A DNA stretch of 58,070 bases from an uncultured Oscillospiraceae bacterium (GTDB lineage: Bacteria > Bacillota > Clostridia > Christensenellales > Aristaeellaceae), in NCBI GenBank assembly GCA_964553125.1, contig CAZKJW010000001.1:31316-89385 (forward strand). Reading direction: 5' to 3'. The position numbers were made by a program, and so were the translations under genes. Numbering within the stretch: the first letter of the stretch is position 1; each line of letters begins with the position of its first letter. Below the pieces are notes generated by a model, which saw nothing but the letters and a program-made list of their open reading frames with translations, made no database searches and was not told the DNA's origin. Below, piece by piece: positions 15,505 through 24,123 of this stretch.

Positions 15505-16035
15505 ATGATTGGCAAGACCATTGCAATTGACAACACCCGCTTTATCTATCAGACCCAGTTTTCGGGCGACCCCACAAAGGATCGCTTTGGCGACGCTCGG
15601 CGCAAGTGCAATATCCTGATTCCCGATATGGACCAGGTGCGCGACCTCATGAAGGCAGGCTTTACGGTGCGTGAGACCAAGCCGCGTCAGGACGAGGATC
15701 TCAGCGAATTCGAGCCGGAATACTTTGTGACGGCGATTCTGAAGTATCGCAACCGCAACGGCATGCCGGTGAAGTATCCGCCCAAGGTGTATCTGGTGAA
15801 CGAGAACGACGAGCCGGTGCTTCAAAGTGAAGAAACCATTGCGTTGCTGGATGATATGCGCATCCGCAATGTGAACGTCATTCTCAACCCCTATGAATAC
15901 GACCCGGCAAATCACGCCATGAGCCTCTACATCCGCACAATGTATGTAGAGCAGGATACGGATGATGATCCCTATGCTGCCCTGTACCGCCGTCGCCGTG
16001 AAGAAGCGGATGAGGGCGAGGAGGATCCGTTCTAA
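15505..16035 (+). CDS. Putative phage single-stranded DNA-binding protein
   Basis: Sits directly after the replicase. Acidic C-terminal tail ending in an aromatic residue (EEADEGEEDPF), as in SSB and T7 gp2.5 tails. Confidence 0.5.
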   Translation: MIGKTIAIDNTRFIYQTQFSGDPTKDRFGDARRKCNILIPDMDQVRDLMKAGFTVRETKPRQDEDLSEFEPEYFVTAILKYRNRNGMPVKYPPKVYLVNENDEPVLQSEETIALLDDMRIRNVNVILNPYEYDPANHAMSLYIRTMYVEQDTDDDPYAALYRRRREEADEGEEDPF

Positions 16036-16096
16036 GGCAAGACTGGGAGGAGGGTCGAAAGGGCTTCCTTCCTATTGATATTCGGAGGTGCGTTGA

Positions 16097-16327
16097 ATGG
16101 ACAACCATAACCAGATGTTGATTGAATGTGTGAAACGCTGTGCGCAGAACCTGATTGATCACGCCGAAGAGCTGATAGGGAACGGAAAATACACAACAGA
16201 TCTCATGATCGAGATTCGTATTCCCATAGGTTCAGGGTTTTGCATGCCGGAGATCGAAGTGCGAAGTGAATCCCGGCTCGGATGCACCGATGCCATCATG
16301 AACTTGTCAGGCGGTAGGAAGGATTGA
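16097..16327 (+). CDS. Hypothetical protein (76 aa)
   Basis: GGAGGTG SD; ORF-track frame. Confidence 0.5.
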   Translation: MDNHNQMLIECVKRCAQNLIDHAEELIGNGKYTTDLMIEIRIPIGSGFCMPEIEVRSESRLGCTDAIMNLSGGRKD

Positions 16328-16334
16328 TATCTTC

Positions 16335-17561
16335 ATGGCTGGAATTCGTCTCTTTGATTATCAGCTGGATGCCATCCGTCGAATGAAGAACGGCTGCATC
16401 TTGTGTGGGGGCGTAGGCAGCGGCAAGAGCCTGACGGCGATCAGCTACTACTACCTGCAAAATGGCGGCGAGGCGGAAAGCGTGTCCGGCGGCGAGTACT
16501 TCCCGATGGACGACCCGCCCAAGGATTTGTACATCATCACCACGGCGCGCAAGCGGGATACGTTCGAATGGGAAAAGGAGATCGCGCCTTTCCTGCTCTC
16601 CACTGCCAAAGAGACGAATCTCTATCAGAACCGCGTGGTTGTGGACAGCTGGAACAACATCGCCAAGTATACGGAAGCGGAGAATGCGTTCTTTATATTT
16701 GATGAGCAGAGAGTGGTTGGGAGCGGTGTGTGGGTAAAGAGCTTTCTGAAAATCGCCAGGCGAAACGAATGGATATTGCTCTCGGCAACGCCGGGCGACA
16801 CATGGAGCGAATACATTCCCGTGTTCGTTGCCAACGGGTTTTACAAAAACCGCACACAGTTCATCCGTGAGCATGTGGTGTATTCCCATGCGGCGAAGTT
16901 TCCCAAGATCGACCGGTATCTGGGGGAACAGAAGCTGGAACGGCTGCGGAATTCCATCCTTGTGGATATGGATTTCAAGCGCAGTACCGCGCAGCATCAC
17001 GAGGACGTGTATGTCCAGTACGACATGGCGCAGTATCGGGAGATCATGCGCAATCGCTGGGATATTTGGAAGAACGAGCCGATTGAGAACGCGGGCGGGC
17101 TTTGCTACGCTCTGCGCAAATGTGTCAATCTGGACGACAGCCGGCAGCGGATGGCGCTGGAAATCGCAGAGAACCACCCGAAGATAATTCTCTTCTACAG
17201 CTTCGACTACGAGTTGGAAGCACTCAAGAGGCTCGGCTGGCTGCCGGGGACAGTGCTGGCGGAGTGGAACGGGCATAAGCATGAGCCGATTCCGGACAGC
17301 GAGCGCTGGGTATATCTGGTGAACTACAGCGCGGGCGCGGAGGGGTGGAACTGTACGAAAACGGACACGATTCTGTTTTACTCTCAGCACTATTCCTACA
17401 AGGTCATGGTGCAGGCGAGCGGCCGAATTGACCGGCTGAATACGCCCTACCATGACCTTTACTATTACCATCTGAAAAGCCGCAGCGGCATTGATATTGC
17501 CATTGGACGCGCGCTCAAGGAGAAAAAGACCTTTAACGAAAGCAGGTTTGTAAAATGGTGA
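16335..17561 (+). CDS. SF2 (DEAD/SNF2-like) helicase
   Basis: YQLDAI, motif I: GGVGSGKS, motif II: IFDEQR, motif III: LLSATPG, and a C-terminal QASGRIDR arginine-finger-like motif. Confidence 0.75.
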   Translation: MAGIRLFDYQLDAIRRMKNGCILCGGVGSGKSLTAISYYYLQNGGEAESVSGGEYFPMDDPPKDLYIITTARKRDTFEWEKEIAPFLLSTAKETNLYQNRVVVDSWNNIAKYTEAENAFFIFDEQRVVGSGVWVKSFLKIARRNEWILLSATPGDTWSEYIPVFVANGFYKNRTQFIREHVVYSHAAKFPKIDRYLGEQKLERLRNSILVDMDFKRSTAQHHEDVYVQYDMAQYREIMRNRWDIWKNEPIENAGGLCYALRKCVNLDDSRQRMALEIAENHPKIILFYSFDYELEALKRLGWLPGTVLAEWNGHKHEPIPDSERWVYLVNYSAGAEGWNCTKTDTILFYSQHYSYKVMVQASGRIDRLNTPYHDLYYYHLKSRSGIDIAIGRALKEKKTFNESRFVKW

Positions 17562-17573
17562 AAGGAGAAAAAG

Positions 17574-17852
17574 ATGATGAATTTTGAAATCGTTGGGGAT
17601 GGCGCGTCAACGTATACGCATGACGAAGCCGCGCGAATTGTCGATTTGTTTGAATCTCTGCTCGATAAGCATGGCATCCGGATTCCCAGCCCGGAAGATG
17701 ACGAACGGGAAGCAGACAACGAAGCGAAACTCTATGGAAGCGTTTACAGCGAACTCCTTGATTCCGTAGAGGATGAACTGATTGATATTCTGCACCGCTA
17801 TTCCCACACGGATGGGAAGATCGTAATGGGCGTCTTTTCGGGGACGATTTGA
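17574..17852 (+). CDS. Acidic hypothetical protein (92 aa)
   Basis: AAAGGAG SD; ORF-track frame. Confidence 0.55.
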   Translation: MMNFEIVGDGASTYTHDEAARIVDLFESLLDKHGIRIPSPEDDEREADNEAKLYGSVYSELLDSVEDELIDILHRYSHTDGKIVMGVFSGTI

Positions 17853-17865
17853 GGAGGCAACGAAG

Positions 17866-18072
17866 ATGAACAAAATTCCAAAAGCTAACATTCTGCCGAC
17901 GGACACGTTGCTGGTCGGCTTCGATTTTACCCACGGCGAGGATAACAAAATTCTGATCGTCGGCAAAAAAGAAGGCAAGATGCTGACGATTGTCAATGCC
18001 TTTGAGGGGGCAAGGGCAGAGGAGATTTTCAAGCTGCTGACGACGGTTGAAGAAAGGACGAACGAATCATGA
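17866..18072 (+). CDS. Hypothetical protein (68 aa)
   Basis: GAGGAGG SD. Confidence 0.5.
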   Translation: MNKIPKANILPTDTLLVGFDFTHGEDNKILIVGKKEGKMLTIVNAFEGARAEEIFKLLTTVEERTNES

Positions 18073-18263
18073 TCGATTGGAAATTTGTATGGATGGCGAC
18101 TCTGATTGCGCTCAGCGCGCACGTGATTGTGTGCATGCTCTATTCGGCTTTGGTTGATATTTACTTCAGGGCCAAGCTGGAATACACGACGAAGGTGATG
18201 GCGGGTCTCGGGAAGACCCTAACGGAGGCCGGCAGACGGATTGGAGGGAAAGAAAAAGAATGA
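18069..18263 (+). CDS. Small TM protein (64 aa)
   Basis: ATGA overlap with the upstream gene. Contains WMATLIALSAHVIVCMLYSALV. Confidence 0.5.
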   Translation: MIDWKFVWMATLIALSAHVIVCMLYSALVDIYFRAKLEYTTKVMAGLGKTLTEAGRRIGGKEKE

Positions 18264-18543
18264 GTTTGAACTGGGAACGGTCTATCTGACGCGCGGCGCG
18301 GCTGAATTGCAGGAAAGCGACTGCGGATTTGCGGCATTTATTAACGCGTGTCTTCTGCGGTACATCTCCTGCGACTGGGGAGATACGTGCCCTGAAGACA
18401 GCGAAGCGAACAACGATGCGCTTATCAGCGGGGAGCGGATTCTCGCCGAATACCGGCAGCCCAACCACCCCGACTGGCGCATCTGGATTATTACGGAATG
18501 GGATCGGAGCGTGACGACGATTCTCTTCCCGGAGGAATATTGA
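18241..18543 (+). CDS. Conserved phage/plasmid protein of unknown function
   Basis: The pattern CDWGD...ED...ND..L..GERIL.EY...IWIITEWDRSVTTILFPEEY recalls a family common on plasmids and phages (recollection only). TTG start. Confidence 0.5.
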   Translation: MEGKKKNEFELGTVYLTRGAAELQESDCGFAAFINACLLRYISCDWGDTCPEDSEANNDALISGERILAEYRQPNHPDWRIWIITEWDRSVTTILFPEEY

Positions 18544-18566
18544 TATTTGGGGAGGAACGGAGAAAT

Positions 18567-19103
18567 ATGGGCGATATCGAATTTAACTACGATGGAAGCA
18601 ACACGATTGGAATTGTGACGAACCGGACAGAGATGCTGGATGGATTTCATTACTATGGGTCATGCGTCGACCCCTTTTGCCAAGGCGGCGGGGGCGGTCT
18701 GCCGCAGATTTATGGGAGAAGCTATTGGATGCCCAAATGCATTAAACGACGCGGAACGGCGACTATCGTGGAGTGGAAAGACGGAACACAGACAAAAATT
18801 GTCCGCCCCGCGGAGGAGGCGGACGGAGGAATTTACACCGCTTTCTGCATTGCGCTGGGAAAGAAGCTCTTCGGCAATAATTCGGCGTTGAAGCGTGCTG
18901 TTCACAAGGCGGACGAAAGCGTTTTGCTCAAAGCGGAGCAGGAGCGAAAAGAAAAACGCACGCGCGAGCATAACGCTCGAATGCGCCGTCAGCTCAAACG
19001 AGCCGTGAAACGCATTGAAAAGGCGGCGCGCCGACAGCTGAACCGCGAAATTATCGGACAGCAGACCGTTGAGAGAATCGCAGCGGAAGCTGATGAGGCT
19101 TGA
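18567..19103 (+). CDS. Hypothetical protein (178 aa), basic coiled-coil C-terminus
   Basis: The ATG at 18567 follows GGAGGAACGGAG. Confidence 0.55.
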   Translation: MGDIEFNYDGSNTIGIVTNRTEMLDGFHYYGSCVDPFCQGGGGGLPQIYGRSYWMPKCIKRRGTATIVEWKDGTQTKIVRPAEEADGGIYTAFCIALGKKLFGNNSALKRAVHKADESVLLKAEQERKEKRTREHNARMRRQLKRAVKRIEKAARRQLNREIIGQQTVERIAAEADEA

Positions 19104-19128
19104 ACGCAGCGGGAAAAGGCAGTATAAT
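19100..19128 (+). promoter_or_regulatory. Sigma-A-type promoter of the brnTA cassette
   Basis: TTGAAC-17 nt-TATAAT. Confidence 0.6.
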
Positions 19129-19154
19129 AGAAATTGCAAAAGGAGATGACGGGC

Positions 19155-19433
19155 ATGAGGTTTGAATGGGACGAGGAGAAAAACGCGATTAACAAGAAGA
19201 AGCACGGCATTTCTTTTGAAACGGCGGCGTATGTGTTCAGAGATGAAAACTACATTGAAATGTATGACTTTGAGCATAGTACGGAAGAAGACAGATATAT
19301 TGCGATTGGGCGTGTGGGCGAGGTCCTCTTTGTGGTGTTCACGGAGCGGAAAGAAAACATTCGCCTCATCTCGGCCAGACTGGCGACAGACGCAGAAAGG
19401 AGACTGTACTATGACCAAAACATTCACTATTAA
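19155..19433 (+). CDS. brnT: BrnT-family toxin (DUF497, RelE-like ribonuclease fold)
   Basis: MRFEWDEEKNAINKKKHGISFETAAYVF.D....MYD.EHS..EDRYIAIG......LFVVFTER....RLISAR is the BrnT pattern. Confidence 0.8.
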   Translation: MRFEWDEEKNAINKKKHGISFETAAYVFRDENYIEMYDFEHSTEEDRYIAIGRVGEVLFVVFTERKENIRLISARLATDAERRLYYDQNIHY

Positions 19434-19590
19434 CCCGGGGCAGATGCCCGGCGAAGAACAGCTGCGCGAAGTGGCAGAGGCGAAAAAGCGTCCCATTACC
19501 TTTGACGAGGATTCTCCGCAAATGTCTCCTGCAATGGAAAAAGCGTTTCGCTGCGCGGTAATCCAGCGGAACCGCCGCAAAGCGGAATAG
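19411..19590 (+). CDS. brnA: BrnA-like antitoxin (short, DUF4415-like)
   Basis: Overlaps brnT by 23 nt. KKRPITFDEDSPQMSPAMEKAF resembles the BrnA/DUF4415 region. No clear RHH domain at only 59 aa. Confidence 0.5.
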   Translation: MTKTFTINPGQMPGEEQLREVAEAKKRPITFDEDSPQMSPAMEKAFRCAVIQRNRRKAE

Positions 19591-19617
19591 CGGCAGAAAA
19601 CTGCATACACAAAGAGC

Positions 19618-19654
19618 AAGACGTTCAGCGCGGTGTTGAACGTCTTTTCTTTTA
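19618..19654 (+). terminator. Rho-independent terminator
   Basis: AAGACGTTCA-gcgcggtgt-TGAACGTCTT plus TTCTTTTA. Confidence 0.75.
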
Positions 19655-19691
19655 TAGCCGACCAAGCGAGAGGAGGAAGCCAACGAAGCAC

Positions 19692-21587
19692 ATGAACGAT
19701 GAACTTTTTGGCAGAAAAATAAAAAAGATATTTGACGACATCACAGCGGCAGCGGACTGCAACCTGAAGCGGGACAACGCCAACATCAACGGCGACACCG
19801 CCATGGGCGCGATGCTGCAATACGGCGCCAACAGCGCCAAGGAATACTATCTGGACACCATGGTGCGCCCGGAAATTGCCGCACTGCACAGAAACGGGGA
19901 TATTCACATTCACGATCTGGATTTTTACGGCTGGACAACCACCTGCACGCAGATTGAGCTGCGAAAGCTATTCAAAGGCGGCTTTAACACCGGTCATGGA
20001 TATTTGCGCGAACCCAAATCCATTGGCAGCTATGCGGCGCTGGCAGCGATCGCCATTCAGTCAAACCAGAACGACCAGCACGGCGGACAGAGTATTGTGG
20101 ATTTTGATTATGCCATGGCGGACGGAGTGCGGCTGACGTATAACCGATACCTGACTGAGGCATTCGAGCTGCAGGCAAATCTGGGCGGGAAGACGGATTC
20201 CCACTGGCGCGAAGAATATGCGCTGGAAAAAACCACCCGCGACACCTATCAGGCGATGGAGGGACTCATTCACAACCTGAACACCATGCACAGCCGCGCT
20301 GGCGCGCAGGTGCCGTTCTCATCCTTGAACTATGGAACGTGTTCTTCGTGGGAAGGCAGACTGGCCATCGAGCAGTTACTTCTGGCAACGGAAGCGGGTC
20401 TGGGCAATGGCGAAACGCCCATCTTCCCCATTCAGATATTCCGCGTAAAGGAGGGCGTGAACTACAATCCTGGCGACCCGAACTATGACCTGTTCAAGCT
20501 GGCGATGCGGGTAAGCGCCAAGCGTCTGTTCCCGAACTTCTCCTTCATCGACGCGCCGTTCAACCTGCAATACTACAAGCCGAACCATCCGGAAACAGAG
20601 GTGGCGTACATGGGCTGCAGAACGCGGGTGATGGGGAACGTATGCGGCGAAGAAGTCGCGCCCGGACGGGGAAATCTGAGCTTCACCTCGATCAACCTGC
20701 CAAGACTGGCCATCAAAGCCGGAGGGCATGAGCGATTCTTCTGGATGAATCTCAATGATATTCTTGTCTCTGTCCGTACTCAGCTTCTGGATCGTTACAA
20801 GGTGCAATGCGCCCGTACCGCGCGGAACTTTCCCTTCCTGATGGGCGAAGGCGTGTGGATGGATTCGGAAAAGCTGGGTTCAAATGACACGCTGGAAGAA
20901 GTGCTCAAGCACGGTACGCTCTCCATTGGTTTCATCGGTTTAGCGGAGACGCTGAAGGTGCTATGCGGCAAGCACCATGGCGAGAGCAGCGAGGCGCAGG
21001 AGCTGGGGCTTAGGATTGTGAGGCGCGTTCGCGACTTCTGCGACGCTGCAAGCGAAGAAACCGGACTGAACTTTACCTGTCTGGCGACGCCTGCTGAAAG
21101 TCTTTCCGGGAGGTTCGTCAAGCTGGACCGGGAGAAGTACGGCGTGATCGAAGGCGTAACCGACCGGGAATACTACACCAACAGCTTCCACATTCCCGTG
21201 TACTATCCCATTTCAGCGGCAAGGAAGATCGAGCTGGAAGCGCCGTACCACGCGCTGGCCAATGCCGGGCACATTACTTACGTGGAGATGGACGGCGATC
21301 CGAGCCGAAATCTGGAAGCGTTTGAAACCATCATCCGCCATATGAAGGAATGCGGCATCGGGTACGGCAGCATCAACCACCCGGTGGATCGCGATCCCGT
21401 GTGCGGGTACAACGGCATCATCAACGACGTATGCCCCGGTTGCGGACGCATGGAAACGCCGGACGCCCCCTTTGAACGCATTCGGCGCATCACTGGATAT
21501 CTGGTTGGAACTTTGGACAAATGGAATGACGCCAAGCGCGCTGAAGAAAAAGAAAGGGTGAAGCATGATGTGCGAGAGAATGCCTGA
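19692..21587 (+). CDS. nrdD: Anaerobic ribonucleoside-triphosphate reductase (class III)
   Basis: C-terminal glycyl-radical motif RIRRITGYLVG, preceded by a CPGCG zinc site. 631 aa, with nrdG downstream. Confidence 0.9.
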   Translation: MNDELFGRKIKKIFDDITAAADCNLKRDNANINGDTAMGAMLQYGANSAKEYYLDTMVRPEIAALHRNGDIHIHDLDFYGWTTTCTQIELRKLFKGGFNTGHGYLREPKSIGSYAALAAIAIQSNQNDQHGGQSIVDFDYAMADGVRLTYNRYLTEAFELQANLGGKTDSHWREEYALEKTTRDTYQAMEGLIHNLNTMHSRAGAQVPFSSLNYGTCSSWEGRLAIEQLLLATEAGLGNGETPIFPIQIFRVKEGVNYNPGDPNYDLFKLAMRVSAKRLFPNFSFIDAPFNLQYYKPNHPETEVAYMGCRTRVMGNVCGEEVAPGRGNLSFTSINLPRLAIKAGGHERFFWMNLNDILVSVRTQLLDRYKVQCARTARNFPFLMGEGVWMDSEKLGSNDTLEEVLKHGTLSIGFIGLAETLKVLCGKHHGESSEAQELGLRIVRRVRDFCDAASEETGLNFTCLATPAESLSGRFVKLDREKYGVIEGVTDREYYTNSFHIPVYYPISAARKIELEAPYHALANAGHITYVEMDGDPSRNLEAFETIIRHMKECGIGYGSINHPVDRDPVCGYNGIINDVCPGCGRMETPDAPFERIRRITGYLVGTLDKWNDAKRAEEKERVKHDVRENA

Positions 21588-21729
21588 TATGGAGATTCGG
21601 CATGAGCCGCAGGGATATTACAGCCTTTACGTGGACGGGATTTTTGAAGGAAACTATGACAACCAGATGGAAGCCGTTCTGGCGGCGGACGCATTGATGC
21701 ATCCGCGGGAGGCAGCGGAAACGGCGTGA
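21565..21729 (+). CDS. Possible 54-aa protein
   Basis: ATG after AAGGGTGA, overlapping the nrdD end. Product MMCERMPDMEIRHEPQGYYSLYVDG... Not in the ORF track. Confidence 0.3.
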   Translation: MMCERMPDMEIRHEPQGYYSLYVDGIFEGNYDNQMEAVLAADALMHPREAAETA

Positions 21730-21890
21730 ACGGTTGGAAGAGAATCTCGCAGGGGCTGGTTTTCCTGCTGACGGCCATTGCCGCCACGGTTGCAGGTCTT
21801 TTGATCGCTGGAAAACCGGCATGGTTTGCCATCATCATTTACTGGGTGGTGCTGACGCTCAAAAACCTTTGCGACTGGCTGGGGCGATGA
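21726..21890 (+). CDS. Possible 54-aa two-TM protein
   Basis: GTGA start/stop overlap. Product VNGWKRISQGLVFLLTAIAATVAGLLIAGKPAWFAIIIYWVVLTL... Preferred over the track ORF 21734-21937. Confidence 0.4.
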   Translation: MNGWKRISQGLVFLLTAIAATVAGLLIAGKPAWFAIIIYWVVLTLKNLCDWLGR

Positions 21891-21895
21891 CGGAA

Positions 21896-21935
21896 GAAGA
21901 GCTTGCGGAGAAAAAACGCAGGCTCTCTTCTTTTT
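21896..21935 (+). terminator. Terminator-like hairpin
   Basis: GAAGAGCTTGCG-gagaaaaaa-CGCAGGCTCTCTTC plus TTTTT (imperfect). Confidence 0.55.
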
Positions 21936-21952
21936 AGAAAGGGGAAAGAACG

Positions 21953-22156
21953 ATGATAGCTAAAAAATGCGATCGGTGCGGGGCTTATTACGACCCGTAT
22001 GGAAAACAGTCGGACGAAACACAGGCGAATGGTTGTGTGCTGCTCAATGTTGACAAGTGTCAGCCGCACTTTTGCAGTGATGTGTTCGATTTATGCCCTT
22101 CGTGCATGGCTGGTTTATATTCATTTATACAAAATAAAGAGGAGGGAGCAAAATGA
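21953..22156 (+). CDS. Zinc-ribbon protein (67 aa)
   Basis: CDRCG ... CPSC cysteine pairs. Confidence 0.55.
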   Translation: MIAKKCDRCGAYYDPYGKQSDETQANGCVLLNVDKCQPHFCSDVFDLCPSCMAGLYSFIQNKEEGAK

Positions 22157-22653
22157 AGACACGGATTTACGGGCTGGTACAGAATTCTTATGTGGACGGG
22201 CCGGGAATTCGCATGGCGGTGTTTTTTCAGGGCTGTCTGCTGCATTGCCCGGGGTGTCACAATCGTGGATCATGGGATCCTAACGCCGGCATAGAGATGG
22301 ACACGGAGGAAATCAAGCGGCGGATGGCAATTGATCCTCTGCTGGCGGGTATCACGCTTTCGGGCGGCGAACCGTTTTTGCAGCCGGAAGCGGCGCTGGA
22401 TCTGGCAAAATTCGCGCATTCGCTGGGGCTGAACGTCTGGTGTTACACAGGCTACCGCATGGGCGATATTCTCTACAAAAGCGGCGATACGGCCCAGATT
22501 GCCCTGCTGAGGGAAACGGACGTGCTGGTGGACGGGCCGTTCAAGCAAAACGAGGCCTCGTTGGAATTGAAATGGCATGGAAGCAGGAACCAGCGGATTA
22601 TCGATGTGAAAAAAACTTTGGAGAAAGGAATGACGATTTGCTATGACAATTAA
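22153..22653 (+). CDS. nrdG: Anaerobic RNR activating enzyme (radical SAM)
   Basis: YVDGPGIRMAVFFQGCLLHCPGCHN (CxxxCxxC cluster) and GGEPFLQ. Confidence 0.9.
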   Translation: MKTRIYGLVQNSYVDGPGIRMAVFFQGCLLHCPGCHNRGSWDPNAGIEMDTEEIKRRMAIDPLLAGITLSGGEPFLQPEAALDLAKFAHSLGLNVWCYTGYRMGDILYKSGDTAQIALLRETDVLVDGPFKQNEASLELKWHGSRNQRIIDVKKTLEKGMTICYDN

Positions 22654-22984
22654 CGAATATCAGAAAGAGACGCTGAGGACGGAGCCGGCCGTGGCAAAAG
22701 GAACGCGGCTCAAGCGGCTCATCAATGGGTTGATGGGACTCAACGGCGAGGCGGGCGAGGCAATTGATATTCTCAAGAAGCATCTGTTTCAGGGACACGA
22801 ACTTGAAAGCGAGCATCTTGCGAAGGAGCTGGGCGACGTAGCATGGTATCTGGCGGTGACGGCGGATGCGCTGGGCTATACGCTGGAGGAGATTCTGGAG
22901 ATGAATGTGGAAAAGCTGCGCGCGAGGTATCCGGACGGGTTTGATTCGGAGAGGAGCGCGCATAGAAAAAAGGATGATATTTAA
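22643..22984 (+). CDS. mazG: MazG-like nucleotide pyrophosphohydrolase
   Basis: INEYQ...GL.GEAGE...KK......E....ELGDV.WYL, the all-alpha NTP-PPase pattern. Confidence 0.85.
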   Translation: MTINEYQKETLRTEPAVAKGTRLKRLINGLMGLNGEAGEAIDILKKHLFQGHELESEHLAKELGDVAWYLAVTADALGYTLEEILEMNVEKLRARYPDGFDSERSAHRKKDDI

Positions 22985-22985
22985 T

Positions 22986-23295
22986 GCCCGCTTTTGCCGG
23001 GAAAAACGTCCACTGCCCACTTTTGTTTTTGAAAAAGCGGGCAAAACCGGGTGAGGTCGCGAAAAATGGCCAGAAAAAGTGGGCAAATGGCCACTTTTAC
23101 AAAACAAAAGTGGCCACGAAAAGCCCGAAAAATGGGCCGAAAATGGCATAAAAACGGCGTTTTTGGCCCGTTTTAAGGCGAAAATTGACGATTTTGAGGG
23201 TTCGTGGCCATTTGCCCACTTTTATTTCTATTTAATTGCGAAAAAGAAATAAATAGATATATAGTAATAGACGAAAAAAAGTGGGTTTTTGGCCA
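22986..23295. repeat. Iteron array plus AT-rich tract (candidate replication origin or protein-loading site)
   Basis: AAAGTGG(G/C)C at 23076-84, 23107-15 and 23278-86 (+), and at 23015-23, 23089-97 and 23214-22 (-). AAAATGG(G/C)C variants at 23063, 23129 and 23141. 10-bp inverted repeats GCCCGCTTTT/AAAAGCGGGC (22986/23033) and GGCCACTTTT/AAAAGTGGCC (23089/23106). AT-rich tract at 23221-23277. Confidence 0.6.
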
Positions 23296-23392
23296 CAAGT
23301 CATTTTGCAGGCCGCTTTTCGAGGCCGGCTGCGTGAAAAAGGAGGGACGGCATAAGACCAATCGTTGCTGCGAAGAATCATCCTGATTCGCC

Positions 23393-23421
23393 TTGTTCAT
23401 TTTTTCGTTCAAGGGTATAAT
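23393..23421 (+). promoter_or_regulatory. Sigma-A-type promoter
   Basis: TTGTTC-17 nt-TATAAT, 24 nt upstream of the ATG at 23445. Confidence 0.55.
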
Positions 23422-23444
23422 AGAATATGTGCGAGGTGAGAAGG

Positions 23445-23756
23445 ATGAAAGAGAACTCCTATTCCAAAATGTATCGAGTGGACGCTCGGGACGAATGGAT
23501 GAACGCGGCGTATGACGAAGAAGGAAACGCCGTCGTATGCGAGCGATGTTCTTGCGAAATGAAGTGGAACCCCGTGATGCAGGTATGGTATTGCCCGGAG
23601 TGCGAAGCCGAAATGGATCGCCCAACCTACTTTCTGCACATCGGCGCCCAGCCGCCCGGAAGCGAGTGCCTGACCAACTGCTGGGAGAACTACCCTTTCT
23701 GCAAGAAATATTGCGAGCGTTACGCCATTGACCCCAAGGATCCGATGCTTACTTGA
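23445..23756 (+). CDS. Cys-rich zinc-ribbon protein (103 aa)
   Basis: CERCSC...CPEC pairs plus further cysteines. GAGGTGAG SD. Confidence 0.55.
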   Translation: MKENSYSKMYRVDARDEWMNAAYDEEGNAVVCERCSCEMKWNPVMQVWYCPECEAEMDRPTYFLHIGAQPPGSECLTNCWENYPFCKKYCERYAIDPKDPMLT

Positions 23757-23774
23757 TATTCGCCAGAGAAGACG

Positions 23775-23804
23775 TTGACAGCTTTCGAAGGCGCATGATA
23801 TAAT
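23775..23804 (+). promoter_or_regulatory. Strong sigma-A promoter driving an RNA antisense to the toxin gene
   Basis: TTGACA-18 nt-(TGa)TATAAT, a consensus -35 and an extended -10. No SD or ORF follows. Confidence 0.65.
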
Positions 23805-23897
23805 AACGGCAGGAAGGGATGACGCTTTTGGCAGGGCTTCTCCCCTCTCGGAGTGGAAAAGCCGCTTTCCAGTTAGCGCTGGATGGCGGCTGTTGCT

Positions 23898-23984
23898 TTA
23901 TTTATCCTTCTTGTAGCTGAGAACAGCAAACACAAGCATGATAATCATGATAACAATGGACAACGTTTCGTAGTCGGTCATCAT
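23898..23984 (-). CDS. Hol-Tox-like small hydrophobic toxin (type I TA candidate), 28 aa
   Basis: Product MMTDYETLSIVIMIIMLVFAVLSYKKDK, with SD GGGAGGTG 4-7 nt upstream. Resembles the ~30-aa 'putative holin-like toxin' peptides of Firmicutes (..YEALSLM.....I.........KKK). Confidence 0.55.
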   Translation of the reverse strand: MMTDYETLSIVIMIIMLVFAVLSYKKDK

Positions 23985-24066
23985 GATCACCTCCCTTTTG
24001 TAGGGAGAGGTGAAAAGCCAAGCGCCATCTGTTTCCTTCCTGCCGGAAGCACAAAGCTTCGCGAAT

Positions 24067-24096
24067 ATTATACCATGCCATAAATAGACCCGCCAA
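24067..24096 (-). promoter_or_regulatory. Promoter of the toxin mRNA
   Basis: On the - strand: TTGGCG-18 nt-(TGg)TATAAT. The ~75-nt 5' UTR contains CACCTCTCCCT-acaa-AAGGGAGGTG (23988-24012), which pairs with the SD. Confidence 0.5.
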
Positions 24097-24123
24097 ATGA
24101 TATTCTGGCGGCGTTTGTGTTTC

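Noticed and set aside
21734-21937. The 67-aa + ORF in the track.
   Set aside because: It has no SD, and its frame runs through the terminator hairpin at 21896-21935. The overlapping two-TM frame 21726-21890, with GTGA coupling, is more plausible.
22598-23149. A 183-aa - strand ORF across the iteron region.
   Set aside because: The repetitive FSGHFS / KVG strings simply translate the AAAGTGGSC / AAAATGGSC repeats. There is no SD, and it overlaps the mazG end.
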